IMG/VR virus record: IMGVR_UViG_3300028653_000011
Strand: one strand, 5' to 3'
From: a virus
Taxonomy: Duplodnaviria > Heunggongvirae > Uroviricota > Caudoviricetes
DNA: 64,000 nt
This document shows positions 29,749-38,673 of this stretch, piece by piece (position 1 is the stretch's first letter; every line of letters starts with the position of its first letter). The position numbers and the translations under genes were made by a program. The notes under the pieces are model-generated. The model was not told where the DNA came from. It was given only the letters and a program-made list of their open reading frames with translations, and ran no database searches.

Positions 29749-30498
29749 ATGACGGGCCCTTTTCCTCAGTTAGGTGGTCGAGGCATCGGCTTCATTCCGC
29801 AGCAGATCAGCGGTTTGATGATGTACTACGATTCGCGTCTCGGTGTGGCGACGAGTGGTGGCAACGTCACGCAATGGAATGACCTCAGCGGCAATGGCTT
29901 CAATCTGGTGCCCATCACCGGGACGCTTGGTCCGGCATATAGCATTGACAGCAACAATCAACCCTGCTTGGGCAGCGTTTCACCGGTGACGGCGTCAATC
30001 TCATTGTCGACGTTGTTACCGACGACGCTGATTCCGACCGATCCCGTTGACGTCTTCTGTGTCATCAATCCGACAGTCACGGCGTCATATCCCTCCACAT
30101 TCGTGTACTTGATGTTGATGGACAATAACTCGTCGACCCCCACGACCTCGCGCGACTTCTTTCAAGGCAATGCGACGGGTAACAAGTTACGTGTCGGCGC
30201 CGGCGGACAATCGTCTTTCGGATCAAACTTGTTGTTAGGCACGCAGGTGATGGAGGTGGTGTTCTCAGGAGGAGCCTCCTACATGGCGCTCAATGGGAGT
30301 AATGCTCCCGTCACCAACATTCTTGCCGCGAGTTTCCCATCCAACCGCATGACATTGTTCAATCGTCCCACCGTTCAAGACGGCGCGTGGGCGGGCCTGA
30401 TGTATGCGTTCCTTGTCTTCAATCGACAATTGGCCGCCAATGAGATCCAACAGTTGACACGCTACTTCGGTCAATCGTTCAACATTACGGTGCCCTAA
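29749..30498 (+). CDS. LamG/concanavalin-A-like domain protein, paralog 1
   Basis: YYDS..GV..SGGNVTQWNDLSGNG start and FLVFNRQL..NEI end, typical of phage LamG-like modules. Confidence 0.7.
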   Translation: MTGPFPQLGGRGIGFIPQQISGLMMYYDSRLGVATSGGNVTQWNDLSGNGFNLVPITGTLGPAYSIDSNNQPCLGSVSPVTASISLSTLLPTTLIPTDPVDVFCVINPTVTASYPSTFVYLMLMDNNSSTPTTSRDFFQGNATGNKLRVGAGGQSSFGSNLLLGTQVMEVVFSGGASYMALNGSNAPVTNILAASFPSNRMTLFNRPTVQDGAWAGLMYAFLVFNRQLAANEIQQLTRYFGQSFNITVP

Positions 30499-31214
30499 TG
30501 GCGATCTTCGGGCGCCAGCAAGGCTTTACACCGCAGCAGATCAGCGGCCTATTGTTCTACTTTGATTCACGAGTGGGAGTGATCCTCAGTGGTTCGACCG
30601 TCGTGCAATGGACGGATCTCAGCGGCAACGGTTTTCACGCCACCCAATCCAACGTCACCCTACAACCCACCTACAGTGGCAGCGGCGGTGGCAACAATCA
30701 ACCTTACTTGGGCCTATCGGCGCCGGGATCACAGATTGCACTGTCGTGTTCGGCACAGAACCTCGCAGTGCCGGCACATTCGACGGTCGACATGTTCTTC
30801 GTCGTCAACCCGGTCACCGGGTCGGGCAATGCAATTGTGTGTGAACTACAGACGACGTTTAATGCGGAGGTCTTTGCGACCTACGTACAGTCTAACGTGA
30901 GTCAAGTTGATCAGTACAGCCAAGGCAACGGTGCCAACATCGCCATTGTTCCTAACGTCGATCAGATCTGGGAGAACTGCTTTAGCGGCGGTCAATCGTA
31001 CCTAGCGGTGAACAACGGCACTCAAGTCACGGGTTCCGTAGCGGGTACAACGCAGCCCGCTGTCGGCCTGTGCTTGTTCAATGGTCGCAACGCCGGGTCA
31101 CCCTTCAGAGGCAACGTCTACGCCATTCTGGCCTACAATCGACAGTTGTTGCCCGCTGAGGCACAGGTGTTGACCCGCTACTTTGGCAATGCCTTCAACA
31201 TCACGGTGCCCTAA
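30498..31214 (+). CDS. LamG/concanavalin-A-like domain protein, paralog 2
   Basis: Shares PQQISGL..Y.DSR.GV and LTRYFG..FNITVP ends with paralog 1; TAATG coupling. Confidence 0.7.
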   Translation: MAIFGRQQGFTPQQISGLLFYFDSRVGVILSGSTVVQWTDLSGNGFHATQSNVTLQPTYSGSGGGNNQPYLGLSAPGSQIALSCSAQNLAVPAHSTVDMFFVVNPVTGSGNAIVCELQTTFNAEVFATYVQSNVSQVDQYSQGNGANIAIVPNVDQIWENCFSGGQSYLAVNNGTQVTGSVAGTTQPAVGLCLFNGRNAGSPFRGNVYAILAYNRQLLPAEAQVLTRYFGNAFNITVP

Positions 31215-31960
31215 TGCCGGGGTTAGTACAGATCTATGGCCGCACCGGGTGCGGCCCGGGCGATAGTGGACTGTTACCTAACAAGTTCTTACCGGGCCTC
31301 TCGTTGTGGCTACGCTCCGACTTGGGCATCTCGACAGTGAGTGGCCTCGTTGCCTCGTGGGCTGACCAATCGCCCATGGGCAATGGTTGTTCGCAGGCCA
31401 CCGCAGCCTTGCGGCCGACGTATAACCCCTCAGGTGGCCTCAAAAACTTGCCCTATTTGGTGGGTGGTGCAGGTCCTGTCATGTTGTCATCAACGACCAA
31501 CGTGGTGCCCTCAGATCACGATCGAACCGTGTGGATCGTGATGACCGTCGGCACGGGTAACCCAAGCGGATTGTTTGAATTCAAGCTGGCGTCGCCCTAT
31601 TGTGCGCTCTACATTGAGGATCAAGTGTCGGGCCCGGCATACATCTACTCGGACGGCGTCACCCTGTCGATTAATCAGACGAATAAACTGGTCAACGTTG
31701 GTGAATCGCACCTGTTGGAGTATGACCTCTCGACCACGTCAAACGTTGCCCTCTACATCGATGGTAACATCTGCACACTCGATCACGCTAGCAACATGCC
31801 AACGGAGGCGGGCGGCTCGGCGGGGTACCAGGTGTTGGCGAGCTACGTGCCTTTTCTCGGCAACTTCTATGAAGTCATTGTCATCGATCACTTAGCAACA
31901 GTATTTGAACGGGCGTTGGTCAATGCCTACGTGCAAGCGAGGTACGGTTCGACACTATGA
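31214..31960 (+). CDS. LamG/concanavalin-A-like domain protein, paralog 3
   Basis: LWLRSDLG..VASWADQS..GN...RPTY...EVIVID.L...ER..V.AY...RYG. Confidence 0.72.
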   Translation: MPGLVQIYGRTGCGPGDSGLLPNKFLPGLSLWLRSDLGISTVSGLVASWADQSPMGNGCSQATAALRPTYNPSGGLKNLPYLVGGAGPVMLSSTTNVVPSDHDRTVWIVMTVGTGNPSGLFEFKLASPYCALYIEDQVSGPAYIYSDGVTLSINQTNKLVNVGESHLLEYDLSTTSNVALYIDGNICTLDHASNMPTEAGGSAGYQVLASYVPFLGNFYEVIVIDHLATVFERALVNAYVQARYGSTL

Positions 31961-32009
31961 TACCACTGTTCGTGGTACCGTGTCGCGCCAGGACAATAGT
32001 TAAGCTGCC

Positions 32010-32723
32010 ATGACCGTCAGTCCCGCAACAGCGCTGCTAGATCAGAACGGCAACCAGATCGGTCTGGCTGCGTCGCCATTGGCGGTGACCGGCACTGTCA
32101 ACCTCGCTTCACAGGTCCAAGTCTCCAACTTCCCGGCGACCCAAAACGTCAGTGGTACCGTCTCGCTCAACATTCCTTCCACCCCCTTGCCCGTCTGGAT
32201 CCAGGGCACACAGGCAGTCTCAGGTTCCGTCGCTCTGACCAATTGGCCTGCGACGGTCGGCGTTTCAGGCTCCGTCGCCCTGACCAACTGGCCACTGACC
32301 ATCAACGTCAGCTCGTCGGCCGGCGTAGCGATCAGCTATGCCACCAATGCGACAGGCTCACAGTTCACGCAGCCCATTACGTCGGTGACACCCACGCTGA
32401 CGGCATCGATCTTGGGTAACGGCGGGACAGTCGCTAGCAGCATCCAGATCCTAGCCGCTAATAATAGTCGCCGAGGCTTCTCAATCACTAGCGACATCAA
32501 CAACACCGTCAACTGGCTCATCAACTTGGGCACCACGGCGGCGACGGGTTCTAGCGGCCCGATGGCACTTGGTGGCACCGTCAGCACTGCAGGCAAGTAC
32601 AGCTTTTATCTGGCACCCGGTGACTACTACGAACAAGTCCCGGCTCAATACTTGGGCGCAATACAGGCCTGCATGGCGCCGTCAGGTTCGAATCAGTTCG
32701 TGTACGTGGACGAGTACACCTAA
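32010..32723 (+). CDS. short paralog of the giant repeat protein with a different C-terminal domain
   Basis: Contains LASQVQVSNFPATQNVSGT and VALTNWPATVGVSGS blocks; TAGTTA at 31997-32002. Confidence 0.75.
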   Translation: MTVSPATALLDQNGNQIGLAASPLAVTGTVNLASQVQVSNFPATQNVSGTVSLNIPSTPLPVWIQGTQAVSGSVALTNWPATVGVSGSVALTNWPLTINVSSSAGVAISYATNATGSQFTQPITSVTPTLTASILGNGGTVASSIQILAANNSRRGFSITSDINNTVNWLINLGTTAATGSSGPMALGGTVSTAGKYSFYLAPGDYYEQVPAQYLGAIQACMAPSGSNQFVYVDEYT

Positions 32724-32724
32724 A

Positions 32725-33540
32725 GTGGGTCTGCACCGTCATCGCCCACAACTCAAAACGCAGACTTTCAACGCCACCGGCACCTGGGTCTGCCCGCCCA
32801 ACGTAGTGTTCGTTTGTCTCTACGGCTTCGGTGGCGGGGGAGGAGGAGGTTCTGGAGGCAGCAATGCGACGCAGGCTGCCGGTGGAGGGGGCGGAGGTGG
32901 GTCACTGCAAAGCACAGTGATCGTCGCTGTCGTCCCGGGCACTTCCTACACAGTGACGATCGGTGCCGGCGGCACTGCAGGTGCCGCGGCAACGGGTGCC
33001 GCTGGTAACAATGGAGGTGTGGGGTCATCGACCACCTTCGGTGCACTGGCCACCTTTCGTGGAGGTTCGGGCGGTGGAGGTGGCAACGTTACTGCGTCAA
33101 CAGTCAGCGGCGGCGGCCAGTGCACTCCTCTACAGGGTCCTAACAACAACTATACCGCAGTTCAAATCAACGCTGCGGGTGCCACATCGACGATCGGTGC
33201 CCTTAATGGTTCGCCGGCTTGCGGAGGCTTCAGTGAATCAGGCGTCCATGCCGGCGCCGCAGGCTCCTATAATTTGGTGGGTACAGGTACTCCGGGTGCA
33301 GGTGGTGCTGCCGCAGGTACACTGGCTGCCGGCGGTGGAGGAGGGGGTGCAGGCCCCAATGGCAACGGCACCAACGGTGGTGCAGGTGTGGCCTCGGGCA
33401 CTGCCAACACCGCCACATCGGCGGCGGCCAACACCGGGGCGGGGGCAGGTGGTGGTGGCGGGCAGGGCGCGGCGGCGACGGCATCTGGTGCAGGCGGCGT
33501 CGGGGGTTCGGGACAATTGATAGTACAGTGGGTGCAGTGA
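32725..33540 (+). CDS. Gly-rich fibre-associated protein A
   Basis: QTFNATGTWVCPP...GFGGGGGGG...VVPGTSYTVTIGAGG...GGSGQLIVQW, a phage glycine-rich domain. GTG start just after the upstream stop. Confidence 0.75.
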   Translation: MGLHRHRPQLKTQTFNATGTWVCPPNVVFVCLYGFGGGGGGGSGGSNATQAAGGGGGGGSLQSTVIVAVVPGTSYTVTIGAGGTAGAAATGAAGNNGGVGSSTTFGALATFRGGSGGGGGNVTASTVSGGGQCTPLQGPNNNYTAVQINAAGATSTIGALNGSPACGGFSESGVHAGAAGSYNLVGTGTPGAGGAAAGTLAAGGGGGGAGPNGNGTNGGAGVASGTANTATSAAANTGAGAGGGGGQGAAATASGAGGVGGSGQLIVQWVQ

Positions 33541-34352
33541 TGGGACTCAGTCAACGAACGCCGAGGCTTCGCAACCAGACTTTCAACGCCACCGGCACTT
33601 GGGTCTGCCCACCTGGTGTCTTTGCGGCTTATCTCTACGGCTTTGGCGGTGGGGGCGGCGGTGGTTCTGGGAGTAGCAATGCGATCCAGGCATGCGGCGG
33701 CGGAGGCGGCGCGGGTTCAGAAGCTAGCTTTATCATCATTGCCGTCGTGCCGGGCAAATCCTACACAGTGACGATCGGTGCCGGCGGCACTGCAGGTGCC
33801 GCGGCAACGGGTGCCGCTGGTAACAATGGAGGTGTGGGGTCATCGACCACCTTCGGTACGCTTGCGACGTTCATCGGTGGCTCGGGCGGTTCAGGTGGCA
33901 CCGCAGGCGCCTCGGCAACGACCAACGGAGGGGGCCTTTGTTCTCCTCTACGGGGCCCGGCCAACAATTACGGTCTTGTACAACTCGCCGCGACAGGCGC
34001 AACGTCAACGATTGGGGGCTACGTGGGCAGTCCCGCGGGTGGAGGTTTTAGCGAGAGCGGTAACAATGCCGGTAACCCCGGCGCTTACAATTGTGTGGGA
34101 ACCGGGACGCCAGGAACGGGTGGGACCCTCGCCTCGGGTTCTGGTTCCGGCGGCGGCGGTGCAGGTCCCAATGGCAATGGCACCAACGGCGTTGCCGGTG
34201 TGGCTTCAGGCACGGCGAACACCGCCACGTCGGCAACGGCCAACACAGGAGCAGGGGCAGGTGGTGGGGGTGGACAGTTCACGGCCGCGACGGCATCAGG
34301 AGCCGGCGGCGTGGGCGGTTCGGGACAATTGACGATTGCATGGGTGCAGTGA
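33540..34352 (+). CDS. Gly-rich protein B, copy 1
   Basis: Same architecture as A; TGATG coupling. Confidence 0.75.
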   Translation: MGLSQRTPRLRNQTFNATGTWVCPPGVFAAYLYGFGGGGGGGSGSSNAIQACGGGGGAGSEASFIIIAVVPGKSYTVTIGAGGTAGAAATGAAGNNGGVGSSTTFGTLATFIGGSGGSGGTAGASATTNGGGLCSPLRGPANNYGLVQLAATGATSTIGGYVGSPAGGGFSESGNNAGNPGAYNCVGTGTPGTGGTLASGSGSGGGGAGPNGNGTNGVAGVASGTANTATSATANTGAGAGGGGGQFTAATASGAGGVGGSGQLTIAWVQ

Positions 34353-35164
34353 TGTTGGTCAAGCACGCTCTCAAGGCCTATTCACAGACGTTCACTGCCA
34401 CAGGTACCTGGGTGTGCCCGCCCAATGTCGTCACCGCGATCCTGACGGGCTTCGGCGCCGGTGGGGGCGGCGGTGGTGGAGGCAGCAATGCGACGCACGC
34501 GACGGGTGGTGGCGGTGGAGGTGGGTCACTGCAAAGCACAGTGATCGTCGCTGTCGTCCCGGGCACTTCCTATACGGTGACGATCGGTGCTGGCGGCACC
34601 GCCGGCACTGGCAACGCGGGCAACGTCGGGGGTAACGGCGGCGTCGGGGGGTCGACCACCTTCGGTGCACTGGCCACCTTTCGTGGAGGTTCGGGCGGTG
34701 GAGGTGGCAACGTTACTGCGTCAACAGTCAGCGGCGGCGGCCAGTGCACTCCTCTACAGGGTCCTAACAACAACTATACCGCAGTTCAAATCAACGCTGC
34801 GGGTGCCACATCGACGATCGGTGCCCTTAATGGTTCGCCGGCTTGCGGAGGCTTCAGTGAATCAGGCGTCCATGCCGGCGCCGCAGGCTCCTATAATTTG
34901 GTGGGTACAGGTACTCCGGGTGCAGGTGGTGCTGCCGCAGGTACACTGGCTGCCGGCGGTGGAGGAGGGGGTGCAGGCCCCAATGGCAACGGCACCAACG
35001 GTGGTGCAGGTGTGGCCTCGGGCACTGCCAACACCGCCACATCGGCGGCGGCCAACACCGGGGCGGGGGCAGGTGGTGGTGGCGGGCAGGGCGCGGCGGC
35101 GACGGCATCTGGTGCAGGCGGCGTCGGGGGTTCGGGACAATTGATAGTACAGTGGGTGCAGTGA
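34352..35164 (+). CDS. Gly-rich protein C, chimera of the 5' part of E and the 3' part of A
   Basis: 5' end identical to gene E (35976-), 3' end identical to gene A. Confidence 0.72.
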   Translation: MLVKHALKAYSQTFTATGTWVCPPNVVTAILTGFGAGGGGGGGGSNATHATGGGGGGGSLQSTVIVAVVPGTSYTVTIGAGGTAGTGNAGNVGGNGGVGGSTTFGALATFRGGSGGGGGNVTASTVSGGGQCTPLQGPNNNYTAVQINAAGATSTIGALNGSPACGGFSESGVHAGAAGSYNLVGTGTPGAGGAAAGTLAAGGGGGGAGPNGNGTNGGAGVASGTANTATSAAANTGAGAGGGGGQGAAATASGAGGVGGSGQLIVQWVQ

Positions 35165-35976
35165 TGGGACTCAGTCAACGAACGCCGAGGCTTCGCAACC
35201 AGACTTTCAACGCCACCGGCACTTGGGTCTGCCCACCTGGTGTCTTTGCGGCTTATCTCTACGGCTTTGGCGGTGGGGGCGGCGGTGGTTCTGGGAGTAG
35301 CAATGCGATCCAGGCATGCGGCGGCGGAGGCGGCGCGGGTTCAGAAGCTAGCTTTATCATCATTGCCGTCGTGCCGGGCAAATCCTACACAGTGACGATC
35401 GGTGCCGGCGGCACTGCAGGTGCCGCGGCAACGGGTGCCGCTGGTAACAATGGAGGTGTGGGGTCATCGACCACCTTCGGTACGCTTGCGACGTTCATCG
35501 GTGGCTCGGGCGGTTCAGGTGGCACCGCAGGCGCCTCGGCAACGACCAACGGAGGGGGCCTTTGTTCTCCTCTACGGGGCCCGGCCAACAATTACGGTCT
35601 TGTACAACTCGCCGCGACAGGCGCAACGTCAACGATTGGGGGCTACGTGGGCAGTCCCGCGGGTGGAGGTTTTAGCGAGAGCGGTAACAATGCCGGTAAC
35701 CCCGGCGCTTACAATTGTGTGGGAACCGGGACGCCAGGAACGGGTGGGACCCTCGCCTCGGGTTCTGGTTCCGGCGGCGGCGGTGCAGGTCCCAATGGCA
35801 ATGGCACCAACGGCGTTGCCGGTGTGGCTTCAGGCACGGCGAACACCGCCACGTCGGCAACGGCCAACACAGGAGCAGGGGCAGGTGGTGGGGGTGGACA
35901 GTTCACGGCCGCGACGGCATCAGGAGCCGGCGGCGTGGGCGGTTCGGGACAATTGACGATTGCATGGGTGCAGTGA
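35164..35976 (+). CDS. Gly-rich protein B, copy 2
   Basis: Translation identical to 33540..34352. Confidence 0.72.
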   Translation: MGLSQRTPRLRNQTFNATGTWVCPPGVFAAYLYGFGGGGGGGSGSSNAIQACGGGGGAGSEASFIIIAVVPGKSYTVTIGAGGTAGAAATGAAGNNGGVGSSTTFGTLATFIGGSGGSGGTAGASATTNGGGLCSPLRGPANNYGLVQLAATGATSTIGGYVGSPAGGGFSESGNNAGNPGAYNCVGTGTPGTGGTLASGSGSGGGGAGPNGNGTNGVAGVASGTANTATSATANTGAGAGGGGGQFTAATASGAGGVGGSGQLTIAWVQ

Positions 35977-36785
35977 TGTTGGTCAAGCACGCTCTCAAGG
36001 CCTATTCACAGACGTTCACTGCCACAGGTACCTGGGTGTGCCCGCCCAATGTCGTCACCGCGATCCTGACGGGCTTCGGCGCCGGTGGGGGCGGCGGTGG
36101 TGGAGGCAGCAATGCGACGCACGCGACGGGTGGTGGCGGTGGAGGTGGGTCACTGCAAAGCACAGTGATCGTCGCTGTCGTCCCGGGCACTTCCTATACG
36201 GTGACGATCGGTGCTGGCGGCACCGCCGGCACTGGCAACGCGGGCAACGTCGGGGGTAACGGCGGCGTCGGGGGGTCGACCACCTTCGGTGCACTGGCCA
36301 CCTTTCGTGGAGGTTCGGGCGGTGGAGGTGGCAACGTTACTGCGTCAACAGTCAGCGGCGGCGGCCAGTGCACTCCTCTACAAGGCCCGGCCAACAACTA
36401 TGCCGACGTGGAGTTGATAACAGCCGGCATTACATCAACCGTCGGTGCTTTCGTCAGTTCTCCTGCAGGTGGCGGTTTCGGGTTATCTGCATCAGCGACC
36501 GGTCTGGCAGGTGCCTACAATGAAGTGGGTGCCGGTACCCCGGGCGTGGGCGGCGCCGGCGCTGGGACTCACTTCGGTTCCGGCGGCGGAGGCGCGGGTC
36601 CCAATGGCAACGGAGGTGCGGGCGGTGCAGGCGTCGCGTCGGGCACCGCCAATGCGGGTGGTACCGCATCGGCCAACACAGGGGCCGGCGGTGGGGGAGG
36701 CGGTAGCCAGAGCACTGCTGCCACTGCATCCGGCGCAGGAGGCGTCGGCGGTTCGGGACAGTTGACAGTGGTGTGGATGGCGTGA
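35976..36785 (+). CDS. Gly-rich protein E
   Basis: Same architecture with a unique 3' half; TGATG coupling. Confidence 0.75.
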   Translation: MLVKHALKAYSQTFTATGTWVCPPNVVTAILTGFGAGGGGGGGGSNATHATGGGGGGGSLQSTVIVAVVPGTSYTVTIGAGGTAGTGNAGNVGGNGGVGGSTTFGALATFRGGSGGGGGNVTASTVSGGGQCTPLQGPANNYADVELITAGITSTVGAFVSSPAGGGFGLSASATGLAGAYNEVGAGTPGVGGAGAGTHFGSGGGGAGPNGNGGAGGAGVASGTANAGGTASANTGAGGGGGGSQSTAATASGAGGVGGSGQLTVVWMA

Positions 36786-36851
36786 AAGTTGATCTAGGCA
36801 TGTTAAGCACTGAAACACTCCTACTTACGATCAAGAGGTGACGCTACGTAA

Positions 36852-37721
36852 ATGAGGGCGCTGGTGCTGTCAGGCGGTGGTGCAAAGGGCGCTTATCAGG
36901 TCGGCATCCTGAAGCGATGGATGGGCGAACTCAACCTCGATTATGACATCATGTGCGGTGTGTCGGTGGGTGCCATCAACGTCGCCGCCCTGGCCCAAGA
37001 GCCCCTAGGCAACCCACGTGCCGCCATCGAGCGCCTCGAGAAGTTCTGGCTGAGTATCAACCAGTCGTCAATATTCGGGCGCTGGCGGCCCTTCGGTCGC
37101 CTCCACGGCCTGCGCACTCGTCCTGCCATCTTCGATTCGACGCCGTTGTTGTCGCTGCTAGAACGCAGCATCAACGCTGACATGATCAAAGTGTCGGGTC
37201 GGCAGTTGGCAGTCGGTGCTGTCTGCATCGAGACGGGGGAATTCAACTACGGCCGCGAGACCGATGCTGACATCATCAAGTGGGTGCAGGCGTCGGCCAG
37301 CTACCCGCTGTTCATGTCGCCCGTCGACATCGGCGGCAAGCTGTGGTGCGACGGCGGCCTCAGGCACATGATGCCCATCCGTGAGGCAATCAGGTTGGGG
37401 GCAACCGAGATCGACATCATCGCCTGCAATAACCCGTCGCTGTTTAACCCATGGAAGGCCACGGGCAAGCGTGCAGTACCCGACTACGTCATCAGGATGA
37501 TTGACTTGATGACCGACCAGATCCTCCGCGCTGACATGCAGCTGGTGGGCTTGATGAACGACGTGGTGACGCGAGCCGACAAGCACCGCCACATCAAGCT
37601 GCGGATGGTGCAGCCCAAGGTCAGGCTGACGTCGAACTCCATGCAGTTCGATCCCACCGACATCGCCCGGATGATGGAGCAAGGTTACCTCGACGCCGAT
37701 ACGTATGTAGTCTACGACTAG
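36852..37721 (+). CDS. patatin-like phospholipase
   Basis: LVLSGGGAKG oxyanion loop, GVSVG nucleophile elbow, ASASYP, DGG. Confidence 0.92.
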   Translation: MRALVLSGGGAKGAYQVGILKRWMGELNLDYDIMCGVSVGAINVAALAQEPLGNPRAAIERLEKFWLSINQSSIFGRWRPFGRLHGLRTRPAIFDSTPLLSLLERSINADMIKVSGRQLAVGAVCIETGEFNYGRETDADIIKWVQASASYPLFMSPVDIGGKLWCDGGLRHMMPIREAIRLGATEIDIIACNNPSLFNPWKATGKRAVPDYVIRMIDLMTDQILRADMQLVGLMNDVVTRADKHRHIKLRMVQPKVRLTSNSMQFDPTDIARMMEQGYLDADTYVVYD

Positions 37722-37729
37722 GGTGACAC

Positions 37730-38257
37730 ATGACGTTAACACTGCTGCAGACCGCCAACTTTGGCACTTCGCGCGCCAATGTCACGGGTTCGTTCGGAGT
37801 GGGCTACACCGTCCTCGACGTGTCGGGCACCATCGTCACCGCCCGGACGACGTTGAACGTGTCGCAGTCGGCACCGGGCACGGGCAATTACTACGCCAAC
37901 GTTACCTACCCGTCCAACTTCAATGGCCAGATCGTCTGGGACTGTCCCCAGATCACCAGCTCACTGGGTGCGGTGTTGAGCCCGATCTATGCGTCAGAGC
38001 AGCAGAACTTTCAGGCCAACGATCCGTCGGCGGGGGCGGCCTACACGCTGTTGTCGGGCACCCTGGTGTCACAGGTGCAGGGCCTCTACGACGTCGCCTT
38101 CGGGCGGTGGAAGATCAACAAGGCGGCCAACCAGATGGTGTTCTACCGCGCCGACAACGTCACCGTCGTCGCCACCTTCAACCTGCTCGATGACAATGGC
38201 AATCCGACGTTCGACGGCGTCTTTGAGCGCCAGCTGACTGGTGCGGTCACGCCGTGA
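37730..38257 (+). CDS. putative virion structural protein
   Basis: Good codon bias in this frame, beta-rich, located in the late cluster. Confidence 0.65.
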   Translation: MTLTLLQTANFGTSRANVTGSFGVGYTVLDVSGTIVTARTTLNVSQSAPGTGNYYANVTYPSNFNGQIVWDCPQITSSLGAVLSPIYASEQQNFQANDPSAGAAYTLLSGTLVSQVQGLYDVAFGRWKINKAANQMVFYRADNVTVVATFNLLDDNGNPTFDGVFERQLTGAVTP

Positions 38258-38260
38258 GCC

Positions 38261-38629
38261 ATGGGCACCCCGCTCACCGATAAGATCATCACCAGGGGCA
38301 TGGGTCCCGCGCGCAAGACGCCTGAGAAGGCCAGCCTCATCACCATGGGCTTTGGCCCGATCGAGGTCATCATTGCCGTCGTCGTCACCCCCGAGGAGAA
38401 CCTCAAGTGGCTGACGTGGGCCCGCCTCAGGAGCGTTGACAATGCCTCGCCGGCACAGTTGTTGGCGGCGGTGCAGGCGCAGGCGGCGTCGGGCATCAAT
38501 GGCGGCCCGTTGCAGAACCCGGCATCGTGTGATTGTCCCAATGTGACGGTGAAGACGACCGCGCCCGCACCGCTGGTGACGGGCAACGTGCCGTGGAGTC
38601 GACTACGCAACATCATGAGGCGGAGGTGA
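38261..38629 (+). CDS. hypothetical protein
   Basis: Tightly packed. Internal repeats ITRGMGP/ITMGFGP and W.RLR. Confidence 0.6.
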   Translation: MGTPLTDKIITRGMGPARKTPEKASLITMGFGPIEVIIAVVVTPEENLKWLTWARLRSVDNASPAQLLAAVQAQAASGINGGPLQNPASCDCPNVTVKTTAPAPLVTGNVPWSRLRNIMRRR

Positions 38630-38673
38630 CACGAACGTCGTGATCGTCTTTCAACATCAAGCCTACTTAGATC

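Larger units (their letters stand above)
33028..36382. repeat. apparently exact tandem duplication, period 1624 bp (about 2.07 copies)
   Basis: ORF-track entries recur at +1624 with identical translations. Identity begins at 33028/34652 and ends at 34758/36382. Confidence 0.92.

Noticed and set aside
34091-34351. Arg/Trp-rich N-terminal extensions of Gly-rich ORFs given in the track (also 32569 and 35715)
   Set aside because: Out-of-frame overlaps with the upstream gene; true starts are at the stop/start junctions (32725, 34352, 35976).
32725-36785. Diversity-generating retroelement (TR/VR) or invertase shufflon
   Set aside because: Copies are identical or differ at all base types rather than only at adenines, all are in direct orientation, and no reverse transcriptase or recombinase is in the window.
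36852-37721. CBASS defence operon
   Set aside because: Patatin only; no CD-NTase or Cap2/Cap3 neighbours.
37723-38193. 156-aa alternative-frame ORF
   Set aside because: Overlaps 37730..38257, which has the proper codon bias and composition.
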